Of a DNA stretch of 64,000 nt, positions 59,661 through 64,000 are shown piece after piece. How positions within the stretch are numbered: position 1 is the stretch's first letter; each line of letters opens with the position of its first letter. Under the pieces are notes generated by a model that was not told the DNA's origin, made no database searches, and saw only the letters and a list, made by a program, of their open reading frames with translations. The stretch is from Promethearchaeota archaeon (lineage in GTDB: Archaea > Asgardarchaeota > Lokiarchaeia > Sigyniarchaeales > SOKP01). The translations under genes and the position numbers were made by a program. Where the stretch lies: positions 133,893-197,892 of the forward strand of contig JALGVJ010000002.1 of the NCBI GenBank assembly GCA_029838195.1, in the 5' to 3' direction.

Positions 59661-62600
59661 TTATTCACCTTCAAATCGAATCGGGATTAAAATACCTTTT
59701 TCTTTCAAGCTGAGAATCGTGCTAATTATGTGATTCTTTGATTCCTTCCTTCCTGCAAGGGCATAACTGAGCAAGTTCGAAATGAAAAAGAATTTCTTTT
59801 CTTTCTCAATTTGTTGGGCAACTTCAATCAGATCTTTTTCTAAAGGTTTCAATTCCAATAAATCCCAATGCTTGGATAAATTCAAGGGAAAAACAAGCGA
59901 GATATTGAAGATGTTTTCTATGATCTCATCGGTTTCCTTGAATGGTCTCACGTCCGGGGACATTTTCTCTAAGAGGGTTTTGAATTTGAGTTCAAAGATG
60001 CTTGTAAATCTTCTTTGATTTTTCTTCAATTCTTCCGACGGCGTGCCATCCAGAATTAATGCCACCCGCACGTATTTTCCATCCGTGATGACGATTTTGA
60101 AGTCGTAATAATCCATCTCGAATCCGCTGCTCAATTTCTCTGCTCCTTCTTCATCTTTTTTGATTTCTGATCTAAATTGAGATATCGCCGTTAAGAATCC
60201 TCCGATTAAATCCGAATCTAACTCCATCGAAATTTGCTTGTTATAAATGGTTGTTCCCGCATCTTTATGAATGATCATGATATATGCAATTTTTAAAATG
60301 TCGTCTAAAATTGTTGCTCGCTTTTCATAATATTTTATGAATTTTCTGGTCTTCCATTTTTGAAGCGAACCCATTACGGTAAGGCCGGCAACACATGTTA
60401 TTATGTAAGGTATGAAAGGAGAAACTTGATTGACATAATATTGTTGCTGAGAAATCGTAGTGATCGTAATGGTTTGCTTGCTTTCCGTGACTTCGAAATA
60501 CGTATCACTGGTATTATAGTATAATTTGAGTCGAATCCAACTATACCCCTCAGGAATGATATACTCGATTTGAACAAGCCCTTCCTCATTGGTAATATCA
60601 CTCAGGGTTTTAATTAATTCTCCTTTTCCTGCGGCACTCGGTTGGATATCAGTAGTCCCTCCTCTCACTTCAAGAAATATCGTTTCACCTTCAATCGGCT
60701 GGCCCGTTTCATTATAAGTAAAATTCCCCGATACAACAATTTTAGTTCCATATATTGATTCATTTTGAAAAGTTTCCACGTTTAAAAGTTCTAAATTGGT
60801 AGTATAACGCGATACGGAAATTTCTAAAGCATGAAGCGAAATAAAAGCATGGGTCTCATTAGAAAACATCCAGTAGGTTTTCAAGAAATAATCTCCAGGT
60901 TCTTGAGTAGTTTCATAGATGTCCCATTGAAAAGCCGCCGCCTGTTCTCCGGTGGTATAATTCAACTCTCGAGTATCTTCATAAATAACTTCAGAATCAT
61001 TATCATTTACCTCGAAATACATTATACCTCCTTTATAATGGTCATAAAGTAATGGTGCAACATCCACCTCATCATCTAATTTCACGTTTACTCGAGGATT
61101 ATAGTACACGCTCATCTTAGCAACTGGAGCTTCTAATTCCAATATCCATTTTCCGTCTGAAATGTTGAAAACCGTTATGTACTTAAATAATCCGATGGTC
61201 TCATTATACCAATCCCAATACCCATAAGAAATCCTTTGGCCACGCTCGGTACTATTATATATTTCAATTAAACTCCAATCGTTAGGCACGGTGATTTGTA
61301 AACTCCTGCTCTCGTCTATTATAGAATAGGAGGGATAATTATAGAATACTACTTCAGAACTCACTTCCCACGACACTTGATTATCCTCATCTTTTAAATT
61401 AAATGCCCATGAACATGAATGTGATGATTCGATCTGGTAAATTCCATCAATATTGAATCTGATTTCAGGATATAATGATGTAACATTAAATTCATAGAAA
61501 CCTTGTATGGGTTGTCCATTTAAGATTTGATTATTCCAAATACCTTTTCCAAATCCATTATCTTTTACCTCGATGCCATTGTTTTTCAATTGAATGATCG
61601 ATGGTAATATCTTATTATTATCTAAACCAAGCCCAATTTTTGAAGATATATCGGAATGAAAGATATTTTGAATAAAAAAATTTAAGGTAAATTCGTCGAT
61701 GGTTACATTAAATTTTTCATAATCATTTCCAATATATCTTAATCTGAATTTTAAAGAGTTTCTATCATATGGATCAGCACTATATATTAAGCCCATAGCT
61801 GAATCTCCTGATAATGGAAAGACTAATTGACGATCATTTTTAAAAGCAAAAGTCTTATTGTAAGGAGTTAAAGATGTCCAATTGTGATTAAAGCGATCAT
61901 AATATTCTAATGCAGCATAACTAATGTTCGAATAATAATTGTAGCTAACATTGGAACTAATTCGGAAAATGACAAAGGGTATTTTTGGCAGTGGATATAT
62001 GGGCAATTGTAAATCTTTCTTATCTTCATATAGAGAAAGTAAATCAAACCCCGGAAGTATCTCAAATTTAAATTCGATCGATACATTATCAGTTTTAGCA
62101 TGTGCTCGATAATAAATATCATCATTAAATAACACTGTAAATAAATCATTAGTGCTGGAAGTTCCATTTACAGTGGTTACATTAACAGGATTATGAAATA
62201 ATTGGATCATTGGATCATATGCTAAGATTCTATCATATAAGGAATATTTTTCTCCAATCTTTATTATAAATTGATTTATTGATACGTTAAAAGTTCCAGT
62301 TCCATTATATACGAATTTAAATTTCATTGAGTTATTGTCTCCTATATTTAAGAAATTTTGAAGTATTTTATCTTTAGTTTCATTCGTATGACCCGGTATT
62401 TTAATAGGAATTATTTTTTCTTCGCTTAAAGATAAATTAACCTCTTTAATATATTGCCACTGTTTTGAATTATTATTAAAAATCCATAAGGTTGCATTTT
62501 GAATGTTTTCTATGTTATCAACTTTCGTATAAATTAGAAGATCAATACTCCATATAGGGGGTTTTTTATAGTTAGCCCAATATTGGTCCCAATAAGTATC

Positions 62601-63674
62601 ATTGATTAGATCTTCATAACGATGGGTTGTAAGATTTTTTAAATTAAATTCAAATTCCAATGTCATGTTATTTGTATTTGCTGAAGCAATATAGCGATCT
62701 TCATCGACAAACTTGAATGAGTTAAGATCTCCTCGAATGTGTGTTCCGTTTATGGGTGTTGTATCATTAATTTTTGATAAATAATTCACGGTAAAATTTT
62801 CGTAATGGACATGGGGATAATATAAGAAAGTTTCACCTTCTCCTATAGGACTCTCATCACCTTTATCTAAATTAAAATACAAATATTTTAATCCTCCTCC
62901 GGAAGCAGTGTTATTAGGGGGGATTCTAACCCGGAATGCAAACCAATATTTTGTAATACCATTCTTTACTGTAGATTTAGTGTTGGACGTATTTAAGAAT
63001 ATGGAACCATTTTTAGAATTCAAAAAATCAAAAGTTTCCCAGATCGTTGTTTGAGTTAATGGATGTGGTTTTTCTAAAGCACCTAATATTGTCTGAGGGG
63101 TACCATAATCATCATTAGAACAATTCAATATCGCAACTTCCCATCGAGTTGAGGGGGAATAATCATTAGGATTATTTATATCTTGGATTAAAATGCTTAT
63201 ATTGTTTAGGTATTGACTAATTCTAATAGAAAATTTTTGATAAACATATAATGGGTGAGTTTCATCTCCGTTAAATATTGCGTCCGTCATCTCAGTCTCA
63301 ATATTCCTTGTATAATTTAATGCGGTTATATTTTTAAAATTCATTTTAGCAAAAGTGATATTCCATCCGGGAAAATAGAGTTCTGGTTGCTGGCTGGAAT
63401 CGGGATCATCTCTATTAATATAGCAATCGGAACTTATTGCCGAAAAATTATTGAACATTTTTCCTTCTCTGTCCATTAACTCTCCATTCACGCCAGTTTT
63501 GCCATAGGTTATGGACGAATCTTCGAGCTTGTCGTGGTTATCATTACCGGCACGTTCATTTTCTTGAGTGAGGGAATTTTGATCCGTAAAGACCGGAATG
63601 TTTAATGCGAGGAACAAGCCCATGTTGATAAGAAGAATCCCTAAGAGAATGAATCTATATTTTTCTTTTTTCAT
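59661..63674 (-). CDS. Large single-pass receptor-like protein: extracellular beta-rich region, TM, cytosolic longin-like and winged-helix tail
   Basis: Signal/TM, many NxS/T sequons, TM FIPYIITCVAGLTVMGSL, then YIMIIHKDAGTTIY...LDSDLIGGFLTAI...VRVALIL and ILSLKEKGILIP. Confidence 0.82.
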   Translation of the reverse strand: MKKEKYRFILLGILLINMGLFLALNIPVFTDQNSLTQENERAGNDNHDKLEDSSITYGKTGVNGELMDREGKMFNNFSAISSDCYINRDDPDSSQQPELYFPGWNITFAKMNFKNITALNYTRNIETEMTDAIFNGDETHPLYVYQKFSIRISQYLNNISILIQDINNPNDYSPSTRWEVAILNCSNDDYGTPQTILGALEKPHPLTQTTIWETFDFLNSKNGSIFLNTSNTKSTVKNGITKYWFAFRVRIPPNNTASGGGLKYLYFNLDKGDESPIGEGETFLYYPHVHYENFTVNYLSKINDTTPINGTHIRGDLNSFKFVDEDRYIASANTNNMTLEFEFNLKNLTTHRYEDLINDTYWDQYWANYKKPPIWSIDLLIYTKVDNIENIQNATLWIFNNNSKQWQYIKEVNLSLSEEKIIPIKIPGHTNETKDKILQNFLNIGDNNSMKFKFVYNGTGTFNVSINQFIIKIGEKYSLYDRILAYDPMIQLFHNPVNVTTVNGTSSTNDLFTVLFNDDIYYRAHAKTDNVSIEFKFEILPGFDLLSLYEDKKDLQLPIYPLPKIPFVIFRISSNVSYNYYSNISYAALEYYDRFNHNWTSLTPYNKTFAFKNDRQLVFPLSGDSAMGLIYSADPYDRNSLKFRLRYIGNDYEKFNVTIDEFTLNFFIQNIFHSDISSKIGLGLDNNKILPSIIQLKNNGIEVKDNGFGKGIWNNQILNGQPIQGFYEFNVTSLYPEIRFNIDGIYQIESSHSCSWAFNLKDEDNQVSWEVSSEVVFYNYPSYSIIDESRSLQITVPNDWSLIEIYNSTERGQRISYGYWDWYNETIGLFKYITVFNISDGKWILELEAPVAKMSVYYNPRVNVKLDDEVDVAPLLYDHYKGGIMYFEVNDNDSEVIYEDTRELNYTTGEQAAAFQWDIYETTQEPGDYFLKTYWMFSNETHAFISLHALEISVSRYTTNLELLNVETFQNESIYGTKIVVSGNFTYNETGQPIEGETIFLEVRGGTTDIQPSAAGKGELIKTLSDITNEEGLVQIEYIIPEGYSWIRLKLYYNTSDTYFEVTESKQTITITTISQQQYYVNQVSPFIPYIITCVAGLTVMGSLQKWKTRKFIKYYEKRATILDDILKIAYIMIIHKDAGTTIYNKQISMELDSDLIGGFLTAISQFRSEIKKDEEGAEKLSSGFEMDYYDFKIVITDGKYVRVALILDGTPSEELKKNQRRFTSIFELKFKTLLEKMSPDVRPFKETDEIIENIFNISLVFPLNLSKHWDLLELKPLEKDLIEVAQQIEKEKKFFFISNLLSYALAGRKESKNHIISTILSLKEKGILIPIRFEGE

Positions 63675-63755
63675 TTTATTTTAACCCCTTCATGAAAAGA
63701 TTAAATTTAGTAAAAATATCCAGTAATAATAAAGTAATGTAGGTTTATAAAATTA

Positions 63756-64000
63756 CTCTAACTATAAATTTGGCCAAATTTGGCCAAATGTGGACCAATT
63801 GTACTTTCCTCCCGTCGTTAGAGGAAACGGGAGGGTGATGGATGGATTACGGCGGCGGCGAGAGGCCACCGCATTCGAGATGAGCCTGAAGTAATAATGC
63901 CGAGAGGCGGGCGGAATTCGAGTGCCGCGTGAGATGAGGCTCGCTTGTCGTGCTGCGACCGCACGCATCGCACTTGAAATCATGGTAGGGAATGCCGTTC
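63756..64000. repeat. GC-rich dispersed repeat, copy 2 (longer; runs to the window edge)
   Basis: Matches 42982-43139 up to 63932; has an extra AAATTTGGCC-type decamer expansion at the left end; GC-rich sequence continues to 64000. Confidence 0.85.

Noticed and set aside
63762-63983. 73-aa minus-strand ORF over repeat copy 2.
   Set aside because: The frame is not preserved in copy 1 (indel, mostly non-synonymous differences); likely a by-product of GC-rich non-coding sequence.

Overview
AT-rich (about 30% GC by eye), gene-dense archaeal chromosome segment, most likely from an Asgard archaeon (Lokiarchaeia-like). The assignment rests on two Arf/Rab-like small GTPases, several longin/uDENN-type proteins, a large receptor-like membrane protein with a longin-type tail, a PAC2 chaperone, DUF2070 and an archaeal-type MoaA. 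Housekeeping content: a complete Mo/W-pterin cofactor cluster (moeA x2, moaB, moaE, moaD, moaA, moaC) divergent from tupABC, dut, gatC, purE, rpiA, thiolase, a FadH-like reductase, two acyl-CoA synthetase alpha paralogues, an NSUN/RsmB methyltransferase and tRNA-Ala(GGC). The top observation is a MoxR AAA+ ATPase gene (13049-14812, minus strand) split inside its Walker A motif by a 30-nt, stop-containing insertion (14540-14569). The insertion folds with its flanks into a relaxed bulge-helix-bulge, and the canonical cut sites exactly restore GGHGGGKTT, making it a candidate archaeal mRNA intron. Other notable items: a subtilase with site-1-protease-like architecture, a GC-rich structured repeat present twice upstream of large surface-protein genes, strong over-representation of the palindrome CACGTG, an NPRL2-like protein, a coiled-coil/winged-helix gene pair and a very AT-rich VTC-DUF4956-double-CotH module. 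All family calls come from motif recognition, not database searches.
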